From Ostreococcus lucimarinus (Eukaryota), in assembly GCA_000092065.1 (NCBI GenBank), contig CP000593.1: a DNA stretch of 64,000 bases; one strand, given 5' to 3'. Position 1 is the first letter of the stretch. Every line of letters begins with the position of its first letter. This document shows positions 54,656 through 63,297 of this stretch, one piece after another. The notes under the pieces are model-generated. The model had not been told where the DNA came from. It did no database searches and was given only the letters and a program-made list of their open reading frames with translations. The translations under genes were made by a program, and so were the position numbers.

Positions 54656-54660
54656 TTACA
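54656..54660 (-). promoter_or_regulatory. TGTAA polyadenylation signal (minus strand) about 53 nt downstream of the RACK1 stop
   Basis: The plus strand has ttaca at 54656-54660 within the convergent 3' intergenic region. Confidence 0.4.
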
Positions 54661-54712
54661 CAGTCTCGCTATTTGCTAAGAACGTGAACGAAAGCCAGTA
54701 AGCGTGAGCCGC

Positions 54713-55986
54713 TTACATCATGCCGGTGCCCACGGAACCGACCGACCAAACGCGAATGACGTTATCGGTGTAGCCCGTGTAGAGGGTGGAACCGTCCGCC
54801 GACCATTGGAGGGAGGTGCAGTACGGTTGTTGGGACTTCTTGCCAACCGGCGGGAACTCCGGGCGGAGCTCGTCGACGATGGACTTGGATTCGAGGTCCC
54901 AAATCTTGACGCAGGACTCGGTCGCCGCGCACAACCAGTAGCGGTTGGGGGAGAAGCACAAGCCGTAAATGATGTCACCCGCATCGAGGGAGTACAATCG
55001 CTTGCCCTCGCCGAGATCCCAAAGCATGGCGACGCCATCCTTGCCGCCGGAGGCGCACAAGGAACCGTCCGGAGAGACGGTGACGGCGTTGATGTAGCCG
55101 GTGTGACCAACAAGGTTGGTGCGAATCTTGCAGTTGGTGAGGTTCCAGACCTTGACGAGCTTATCCCAGCCCCCAGACACGATGATCGGGTTGGAGGTGA
55201 CCGGGGAGAAGCGCACGCACGACACCCACTCGGAGTGCGCGTCGGCGTCTTGAATCGTGTACTTGCACTCGCCGAGCGTGTTCCACAACTTGATCGTCTT
55301 ATCCCGGGAGCCGGAGACGATTTGGCGGTTGTCCACGGAGAAAGCCACCGAAAGGACATCCTTGGTGTGTCCGACAAAGCGTCGGGTGGTGGTACCGGTG
55401 TTAAGGTCCCACAATCGAAGGGTGCCGTCCCAAGACCCCGAGAGCGCGAATTGCCCGTCCGAGGAGATGACGACGTCTTGCACGAAGTGCGAGTGTCCGT
55501 GAAGCGATCGGCGCGGGTAACCGTAGTTCTCTTCCTCGCGCGTCAGGTTCCAAAGGATCACCGTCTTGTCTCGCGAGGACGACAAGAGAATGTCAGAGTT
55601 ATCCAACGGAGTCGCGATGGACGTGACCCAGTTTTCGTGCCTGCGCGGAAATGAAAAAAACGTGTGGGTTAGTGTCGTCGTTCGACGTCGTGATCGAGCT
55701 CGTCGAGCTCGAGTCCGTTTCGCGTGAACGGTCACGCGCTCGAGACGACGCGCGTTCGACGCGTGAAATAATCATCGCACGAACGCGTCGCCGTCGTCGC
55801 GCGTCCCATCGCCGCGCGCCGCCGCCGCGAGCGTCAACGTCCGCCTCGTTCGATGGCGCAGACCCTATTCCACGAACGATCGGTTCGCCGCGCGTTCGCC
55901 GTCGACGCGACGCGACGCGCGCTCGGATCATCGATTCGCGCGACGCACCCCTTGAGCACGCCTCTGAGCTGCATTTGAGTCGCCAT
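54713..55986 (-). CDS. RACK1: RACK1 (guanine nucleotide-binding protein subunit beta-like, seven-WD40 ribosomal scaffold) with two exons, 55986..55949 and 55640..54713, and a 308-nt phase-2 intron
   Basis: Exon 2 has near-identity to green-algal RACK1/Cblp over its whole length (WVTSIATPL...[32 protein letters not shown]...). The ORF's own N-terminus does not match RACK1. A short exon 1 encoding [13 protein letters not shown] (ATG 55986..55984) ends ...AAG GG|GTGCGT, and the acceptor CGCGCAG|G restores GG+G=Gly then HENWVT. An ACTAAC branch point lies 29 nt upstream of the acceptor. Confidence 0.88.
55641..55948 (-). other. 5'-proximal spliceosomal intron of RACK1 (308 nt)
   Basis: GTGCGT donor, ACTAAC branch motif, poly-T tract and CAG acceptor. 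It is needed to recover the conserved RACK1 N-terminus. Confidence 0.8.
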
Positions 55987-56127
55987 GTCGCGCGTCGAAC
56001 GCGTCGCGTAGAGGCGGACGTCGTCGCGCGCGCCATCCACCCGGTCGCGCGCGCGGGTGATTGTGATGGTCCGTGTGTTTGACACCGCGGGCGGTCTCAC
56101 GACGTCCCGACGCGCGCGGTCGTTTCA

Positions 56128-56133
<6 letters not shown>

Positions 56134-56178
<45 letters not shown>
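56134..56178. repeat. (GAC)n trinucleotide microsatellite, about 16 units, in the 5' region of ADA2
   Basis: cgacgacgacgacgacgacgacgacgacgacgacgacgacgacgacg, read directly. Confidence 0.85.
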
Positions 56179-56180
<2 letters not shown>

Positions 56181-56307
56181 GCGCGAGTCGCGCGTGAACG
56201 CACGCGAGTGAGCGCGCGCACGACCGTCGAGGACGCGCGCGACGGGAACGCGGACGCGGAGGTAACGCGACGCATCGGCATCGGCGTTCGGCATCGCATT
56301 CGGCGCC

Positions 56308-57954
56308 ATGGCGAGCGCGCTCGTGCCGAAACGGCGACGGGTGGCGACGGAAAACGCGATGACGAAGCTGAGTGGGAACGGGGAGTCGTGCGCACTGTTT
56401 AACTGTAACTATTGCCAAAAGGACATCTCGAACGTGGTGCGCGTACGGTGCGCGGAGTGCGCAAACGTGGATCTGTGCACGGAGTGCTTCGCGGTCGGCG
56501 TGGAGCCGCACCCGCACAAGGCGTATCATCAGTATCACGTCATCGACAACATGTCGTTTCCGCTGTTCACGCGAGATTGGGGGGCTGACGAAGAGTTGTT
56601 ATTGCTGGAGGCAGTGGAGATGTTCGGGTTGGGGAACTGGACCGAGGTGAGCGAACACGTCGGGACGAAGACGCGCGCGCAGTGTCACGCGCACTATTTT
56701 GAAGTCTACGTCAAGTCTCCTTGCGCGCCGTTACCGGATATGTCGAAGATTTTAGGAAAAGGCGTCGCGCGTATGACATCAGACGAGCTCAAAGCGGAGG
56801 CGGAGCAAAAGGCGAACGAAAATAAGGATGTGGAGGAGGAGGAGAAGCTTCTCGAATCGCTTGCTAACCCGAACGCAGTGAAGACGGAGGGCAACGTGCA
56901 GGAACTCACAGGTTACAACATCAAGCGCAATGAGTTCGATCCCGAATACGACATGGATGCCGAACTTCCCCTGGCGGAGATGGAATTTCGCGAAAACGAC
57001 ACCGAAGAAGACGTCCAGATGAAGCTGCGAATGATTGAAATCTACAACAGCCGGCTTCAAGAACGAGCGAGAAGAAAACAATTCATTCTCGAACGCAATC
57101 TGCTGAACGTGAAAAAGCAACAAAACGTGGAAAAGAAGCGTTCACAATACGAGCGCGACTTACACGGCACCATGCGTATATTTGCACGCTTTCTCACGAG
57201 TACCGAGTACGACGTCTTGCTCGAGGGTCTCGCCGCGGAGCACCGAATCCGAACCCGCATCACCGAACTGAAAGAGTACAGACGCAATGGTATTCATACC
57301 ATCGCAGAGGGCGAGGATTACGATTTGGAGAAGCGTCGTCGTGAGACGGAGTTCGCTCGTCTACACGCGATCGAGCATCCAACTAGCAAGAACATAGCCA
57401 GAGCGAACAAGTTCATCGTGCGAGATGCCACACAAATCAATGAGCAGTTGACTCGCATGAACGACGAAGACAAGACGGTATCCGTGATCCCGACGCCTCG
57501 TACGTCGAGCTTAGGTCCTCGCCGTCGAATGTACTTGTCACTTGATCTCGCCGATCTTCCAGGCGTAGACCTTTTGAACGACGACGAAAAGGAGTTGTGC
57601 AGGAGCTGTCGCTTATTGCCTGTGCAGTATCTCTCGATGAAGGTGGAGTTGATGCGAGAGGGTCTCAAGTCCGAAAAGCCGCTCAACAGAAATCACGTTC
57701 GGAATATGTTCAAAGTAGACCCACTCAAGGCTATTCGTGTGTATGAGTTACTCCTACAGCACGGCTGGGTGTTGGAAGACGGCTTCGTGAACCCAGGTGA
57801 GGATGAAGACTCCGAACCTGCGCCGAAAAAGTCAGCCAGCGCAGACGAGGAGGAAGACGAGGAGGACGATGAAGTAGATTACGAAACCGACGATAACGAC
57901 GAAGACGAGGACGAGGAAGACGACGAGGAAGAGGATAGCGAGGAAGACGATTAG
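56308..57954 (+). CDS. ADA2: Transcriptional adaptor ADA2 (ZZ zinc finger, SANT/Myb and SWIRM domains)
   Basis: ZZ finger CNYCQKDISNVVRVRCAECANVDLCTECFAVGVEPHPHKAYHQY. SANT domain WGADEELLLLEAVEMFGLGNWTEVSEHVGTKTRAQCHAHY. C-terminal SWIRM-like region LLNDDEKELCRSCRLLPVQYLSMK. Acidic tail. Confidence 0.85.
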   Translation: MASALVPKRRRVATENAMTKLSGNGESCALFNCNYCQKDISNVVRVRCAECANVDLCTECFAVGVEPHPHKAYHQYHVIDNMSFPLFTRDWGADEELLLLEAVEMFGLGNWTEVSEHVGTKTRAQCHAHYFEVYVKSPCAPLPDMSKILGKGVARMTSDELKAEAEQKANENKDVEEEEKLLESLANPNAVKTEGNVQELTGYNIKRNEFDPEYDMDAELPLAEMEFRENDTEEDVQMKLRMIEIYNSRLQERARRKQFILERNLLNVKKQQNVEKKRSQYERDLHGTMRIFARFLTSTEYDVLLEGLAAEHRIRTRITELKEYRRNGIHTIAEGEDYDLEKRRRETEFARLHAIEHPTSKNIARANKFIVRDATQINEQLTRMNDEDKTVSVIPTPRTSSLGPRRRMYLSLDLADLPGVDLLNDDEKELCRSCRLLPVQYLSMKVELMREGLKSEKPLNRNHVRNMFKVDPLKAIRVYELLLQHGWVLEDGFVNPGEDEDSEPAPKKSASADEEEDEEDDEVDYETDDNDEDEDEEDDEEEDSEEDD

Positions 57955-58072
57955 CATGAGACGTTTTCTCCTCATTAGATTTTACAGTGCTGTAGTGACA
58001 TATGACGGGAGTCATTTATTATTAATTTTTTCCCCAGCGTAGAAGCGATCGCCCCGTGCTGCCTGTCGTCTA

Positions 58073-59590
58073 CTACGTGAATTTCACTCTGTTTTGAGGG
58101 TCCATGCTTTCTTTGATTCCACGATACACCAATCCAAGCGAACGGCCTGCGTTAGAGAGAGTAAGTCGATGCACAAAATAATTAATTTCAAACGCACCAA
58201 TTAATGTCACCAGTAACCAAGAAGCCACCCGGCTGCAGTTGTTCAGTGCGCTTCTGAACAAGGGAAGGCTCACATCAGCGAGTTCTATTATCATAGAAAC
58301 AGCTAAACGAAATCCCTTCACCTTTGCGAGCTCTGGCTGGCGACAAACGTGAATTTTCCTCGTCACGAGCTGTGTGAAAAATAATTAATTTCAGCGACAA
58401 ATTAAAAAATTAATTCAAACGCGCCGTCGCGCGGAGATACGTACCTCGCCGTTTGCATTCATGCCCCACAATTTATGCCAATCTTCGTACATCGCGACCA
58501 CGTCGTAATAATTGCGTGCAAGCCACGTGCGCAATGATGTTTCATTTCGAAATTTTTCCAACGAACGTGTGCTCTTCAAGCGAACGCTCAACGCGTCTCT
58601 GAACGGTGGAATGCGCACGACCGCTCCTGTGTCCTCCGTACGTGCGACTCCACCATTTACAGGCGCTTGTAGCCCGCTTTCACGCGCACACGTCACGTAA
58701 GCACACGCCACGGAGTCGGCAATATTTAATACCACGTCCTGCAAAACCGAAACGCACACCGAAGCCATAGGAGAATTGAAGAATTCCAGCACCGGTTCGA
58801 CGTCTTGAGTGTTAATTTTCGTCGATTTCTCAACGACTTGAACGCTTTCGGAAATATTGTCCGTTCGATTGGAGTTCTGCGATGATTGAAATAATTCAGA
58901 ATAATTAAATAAATATTTGTGAAGCTCAGCGAAAGTTAGACGTACCTTGGCCAAATACATCATCACTCCGGCATACAAAGCCATCTTACTTCCTTCAAGT
59001 ATTTCTCCTGTGAAAAACGCGATCAGCTCGGTCGAAGACGAAAGCGAGATCATACGTACCGTTCTGCCAAATTTTTTCATCGGCCACGTCTCCGGCCACG
59101 CGAACCACCCGAGCGCACCGCTCCTTGGCGCCGATGTCAAGCGCCATCGAATTCATCCAATCATTCGCGGAGACCCTAGCCACTGTTTGAATGAGTTCAC
59201 GCAAGCTTCCGTTGCTCTCTTCTATGTTCTCGAGCCCTTCTTTAAGCGCCAAGAGCACCACCCCTATGAGTTGTGCCCTGGCGCCGTCGTTGAGCGCCTG
59301 CAATTCAAGTTGCGGGGACGTGCCTTCTACCCCGCGTGAGTCCCACCAACCAATCGCTACGACGTCGCCTCCGACACCAGCTAACCCTTGACCCGCGGCG
59401 TGGAATATATCATCTCTTCCCGCGTCGGGCTTAAGCAAACTCTCCACGCGCGCCTGGGTGAGCTCTGCGGCTCGCGTTCTCGAGTTTGTCTTCGCGGCGT
59501 CTAACGACTCGTTTTCCCGCTCGATTTCGACAGTATCGTCGTGTCCAAGCAGTATTGGTAACGCCTTCGATGCCTACGAATGAAAATAAA
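58073..59590 (-). other. Probable intron-containing protein-coding locus of unknown function on the minus strand. Only ORF fragments are seen (59447..58995, 59140..58415, 58366..58073); the exon structure is not resolved.
   Basis: Local drop in GC with frequent in-frame stops, which is unusual for this window. Yet three minus-strand ORF fragments have protein-like, non-repetitive composition (for example LIAFFTGEILEGSKMALYAGVMMYLAKVRLTFAELHKYLFNYSELFQ). Confidence 0.3.
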
Positions 59591-60262
59591 TCGGTCAGCC
59601 TCAATCTTCGTCGCGTTTGCGCTCGTTTGCTTCACCGAGAGCGTGCGGCGAGAGGCAACAAAACCACTCTTGACATCGCTCTGTCGGCGCGCACCGATCG
59701 ATTTTAGGTCCGAATCTCGCGCTTGTCGATAACGTACCCTTTGAACGAACGTCTCCAACCCGTTTCTCGCCGCGTCGACGAGATCGACGCCGATTTGCGC
59801 CCGTCGAACCGTTTCTAACCTGCTCCCGCCGCGACGCCCACGCCATCCTCGGCGCGCCGTCGGTGCGCTCGCGAGCGATCGCGACGACGTCGAAACCGAG
59901 AGCATGTTCGTGTGGACGCTTTCGCAAATTTCGCCGCGCGCTGTGACGCGCGCGCGGTCTCGCGCTCTGGTTCGGCGCTTCAACGGTCGCCACGAACGTC
60001 GCTTCGTTCGCGCGCGCGGCGCGCGGGGGCCGACGCGGCGTTTATCGCGCGCGTACCGTGTTTGCAGATAGTTCTAAATTGTCTTTGAGTGCGTGATTTT
60101 TCGACGACGATTTCGTAGGGTTGCGCGCCCTCGAGACGCCCACGAAATCGCTCGACGCGCGTTCGTTTTGGCGTTCGTTCGTTCGAAATCGACTCGACGC
60201 GCGTCCACGTCGACCGCGCGCGTGATCGGCGGTGCGCCCGCAGACGGACGCGCGCGGCGCGC

Positions 60263-61312
60263 GTGCGGACGAATATCATGCACGTCACCAACGTCGGCGG
60301 TTCGTTAACCACCGCCGTGTGTCTGTCTCTCATCGCCTGGTCCGTGCGCGTCTTGCGAAGCGCCAAGCACAGAGATCGAGCGAGACAGCGAACGACGTCG
60401 AGCTCGCAACCGACGGTGAAATTGAACAAACAGACGTACGGGGTGCTGAGTGCGAAAGCGTTTTGGATGTTGGTTCAAACGAAACCGGTGAAATACTTGC
60501 TATTAGACGTCAGACCGAAGAGCGAGGACGGGGGGGCGACGGCGGTGACGAAGCTGAGCGACAGACTCGCCGTGACGCACATCTTACCGGAAGAGTTGGC
60601 GAACTTGTTGCGCAATCGTAACACACTGTGGAAGAAGAGATTTCCAAACATTCCCGTGCCGAGTTTAAGGACGACGATGATTTTTGTGAGCACGCACGGG
60701 CATAGCTCGTCGCACGCCGCGGCGCTCGCGACGAGCCTGGGATTCACGCGGTGCTCCATCGTGGACGGCGGACTCGCCGCGGCGGTACCTCTAGCACACT
60801 TCGACGAACCCGCTGTGTTTTCATCAGGGAAAGATCGAGCTCTGAGCTTCGACGCGGTGTTACTTCTCCTGGAAACGGTGAGAGACGACGGCAATGCGCT
60901 GGGACTAGTGATTTTGGACATTCGAAGGTTTGACGAGCGCGCGCTTTACGGAACACTCGAGGGGTCAACGCACGTCCCGGTGGATCATCTGCCCAAAGCA
61001 GTGCATATGAACGATGAAGAGTGGGTGCGGATGTTCCGATTTCACAAGCCGACGTCGGATAATCTCATCTTGTTGCATAGCCGAAGCAGTAGTTCCGCGG
61101 CGTGGGCGAAGCAGCTGCTTTCAGACGCCGGTTTGCACAACTGCCATTCTTACGTCGACGGCGCGTATGCCGGTCCTGATGGGACTTTAAGAAGTTACGA
61201 GGCATACGAAGAGGGTGGTGCACCCCCGGAGCCGGTGAGTATCGGACAAAGTGTGACGTTTAATCGAACGAGCGCCGAGCGAGAGTTGCTCAACTTGAGA
61301 ATTCGTGTGTAG
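60263..61312 (+). CDS. Tandem rhodanese-like domain protein with both catalytic cysteines replaced (non-catalytic, TROL/STR-like)
   Basis: Two rhodanese-fold units (YLLLDVRPKSE...IFVSTHGHSSS and LVILDIRRFDERALYGTLEGSTHVP...LILLHSRSSSSAAW). The active-site loops have Ser/His where the Cys would sit. N-terminal hydrophobic anchor. Confidence 0.7.
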   Translation: MRTNIMHVTNVGGSLTTAVCLSLIAWSVRVLRSAKHRDRARQRTTSSSQPTVKLNKQTYGVLSAKAFWMLVQTKPVKYLLLDVRPKSEDGGATAVTKLSDRLAVTHILPEELANLLRNRNTLWKKRFPNIPVPSLRTTMIFVSTHGHSSSHAAALATSLGFTRCSIVDGGLAAAVPLAHFDEPAVFSSGKDRALSFDAVLLLLETVRDDGNALGLVILDIRRFDERALYGTLEGSTHVPVDHLPKAVHMNDEEWVRMFRFHKPTSDNLILLHSRSSSSAAWAKQLLSDAGLHNCHSYVDGAYAGPDGTLRSYEAYEEGGAPPEPVSIGQSVTFNRTSAERELLNLRIRV

Positions 61313-61431
61313 TTTGTAAGTTAGAATTAGATCAAAACAATGATGAGGCGGAGGTGTAAGTATATCACAATAATCGTATTTCTGTCGTTTGCTCGTTTGA
61401 AGTCAACAAGCGCGTAAGGTAAGTTATAATT

Positions 61432-63297
61432 CTAATTGATGGCTGGCGAAAGTTGCGGGTTCGCGAACTTCGGAAGTAAAACGTCGTCGATTTGCTCCGC
61501 CGTGCCCATGTCTCTGACGAATTTCCAGAACGCGACGAAAATGCCGGGAAGTGTTCTGTATGACGAGTAAGGAATGCCCATCTTCGCCGCTTCTTCCGCG
61601 ACAATTTTCGCGATCGCGGGGTAGTGCACAAAGCAAATCGCCGGGAACAGGTGATGCTCGACTTGCAAGTTCAGACCGCCGGTGAAAAAGTTTCCAATCT
61701 TTCCACCCCAGTCAGCGCTAGTCACCAACTGCTGCACGCCCCAATCTCTTTCCCACGCCTCTCCACCGGTATCTTCAGGGAGTTTGGCCTCGGGCACGTT
61801 GTGACTCACCGCGAACGTACACGCGAGGACGACTCCTTGGCACGCCATGAAACCGACGATGCCGGCGACGACGGCGGAAGCCGCGTGGCTCATCAAAGGT
61901 GCAGCCAACAAACCGAAGTGCACAAACTTGCCGATAACTACGGTGGCAAGTTCCCAAGTGGTCGCCCCGTGGAGCTTTGCGCCTTCGGTATCGCGAGTGA
62001 ACAAACCGACGATGTCGCCGACTTGGAACGCCACCTGCAACAACGGAAAGGCCAAGAACATGTACCAGTGCTGGAAGCGGTGGTACCACGCCTTGGGACG
62101 ACGAGCGTCGAAACGCAAGAGAGGCATGGCGGTGTACACGTCTTGATCCATAGCATTGTCGTTGCAGTGAATGTGGTGGCTCACCTGGTGGTGGTATCGC
62201 CACATCAAAGACGAGCCGCCGATGAGATCGTTCGTCAAACCGAGGACGCCGTTGACGGCGGGCGACGGTGACATCGCCCCGTGATTGGCGCAATGCTGAA
62301 TCGTGAGCCCGATCCACGCACCAGCTAAGCCAAGGAGGCAACCCGAGAGAAAGCCCGGGATGGTGGCGTACACACCGTACGCAAACGCGGCGAAAGACAA
62401 AATCGTTATCGTCGCGTGGTCGCCACCCATTCTGTGTTTGTTCTTCCCTTCTTCCGGGAAAAGTTCCTCGCGAACGCGATTGCGGATGTTGTTGTACAGC
62501 GGCGAATCGTTCGGTCTCGGTGACTTCGCCACGGCGTCGACCGGGAACCCCTCGAGCTTGGGTAACATCCTGAAGCGCGCCGTCGCCACCTCTGGTCGCA
62601 AGTGATAGGATTCCATGAGCGCCGTGCAGTCGCGACCGATGGCGAGGTTCAACAACCAGTTCCCGCCCGGATGCTTCTCAAAGAACGGTCCGAGGTCGTA
62701 CGCCACGTCTCGAAACACCGTCCACTTCACCTTTTGCCACTTCTCATCGTTCCACGGATCCTCCATCCCCGGCGCCGCGACGTCCGGGCGCGGCAACCTC
62801 AGCGCCTCGCGTCTCGCCTCCAGGGACATCATCTTCTCCCCCTCCTCGCCCTCGACGCTTCTTTCGACGACCGCGGCGTTCCCTTCGCCCTCGATCGATC
62901 GCGGAACGATCGCATACCTCCCCGATCGCGCGCGCCGCGCGTCCGCGCGCACCGCGCTCGTCGTCGCGCGCGTCGTCGTCGCTCGACGGCGATAATCACA
63001 CCTCGCGCTCGACGTCGTCGTCGTCGCGAACGCGCGCGCGACGGTGCGCATGGCGGGCTCGATCGCTCGGCGCGGATTCGTGGCGTTCGGATCCGTCTCG
63101 GGCGCTTCGCGCGTTCGGGCGTTCGAGCGCTCGCTGTCCCGGACGCGCGCTGTGACGAGCCGACGCGACGACGCCGACGCGACGACGCCGCGCGCGGATC
63201 GGATCGCGTGACGTCGGTCGGGGCGCGTCGGGCGTCGAGGGACTCGTTCTCGAGTCGAGACTCGTCGATGGGATCGGTGTGGTCCGTGTGTATCCAT
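61432..63297 (-). CDS. Front-end fatty-acid desaturase with an N-terminal cytochrome b5-like domain, preceded by a long transit-peptide-like extension (alternative start at 63051)
   Basis: b5-like domain VFRDVAYDLGPFFEKHPGG. Histidine boxes HCANHGA, WRYHHQVSHHIHCN and QVEHHLFP (the Q-x-x-HH box is diagnostic of front-end desaturases). Several TM helices. The first ~150 codons are S/R/T/A-rich. Confidence 0.85.
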   Translation of the reverse strand: MDTHGPHRSHRRVSTRERVPRRPTRPDRRHAIRSARGVVASASSRRLVTARVRDSERSNARTREAPETDPNATNPRRAIEPAMRTVARAFATTTTSSARCDYRRRATTTRATTSAVRADARRARSGRYAIVPRSIEGEGNAAVVERSVEGEEGEKMMSLEARREALRLPRPDVAAPGMEDPWNDEKWQKVKWTVFRDVAYDLGPFFEKHPGGNWLLNLAIGRDCTALMESYHLRPEVATARFRMLPKLEGFPVDAVAKSPRPNDSPLYNNIRNRVREELFPEEGKNKHRMGGDHATITILSFAAFAYGVYATIPGFLSGCLLGLAGAWIGLTIQHCANHGAMSPSPAVNGVLGLTNDLIGGSSLMWRYHHQVSHHIHCNDNAMDQDVYTAMPLLRFDARRPKAWYHRFQHWYMFLAFPLLQVAFQVGDIVGLFTRDTEGAKLHGATTWELATVVIGKFVHFGLLAAPLMSHAASAVVAGIVGFMACQGVVLACTFAVSHNVPEAKLPEDTGGEAWERDWGVQQLVTSADWGGKIGNFFTGGLNLQVEHHLFPAICFVHYPAIAKIVAEEAAKMGIPYSSYRTLPGIFVAFWKFVRDMGTAEQIDDVLLPKFANPQLSPAIN

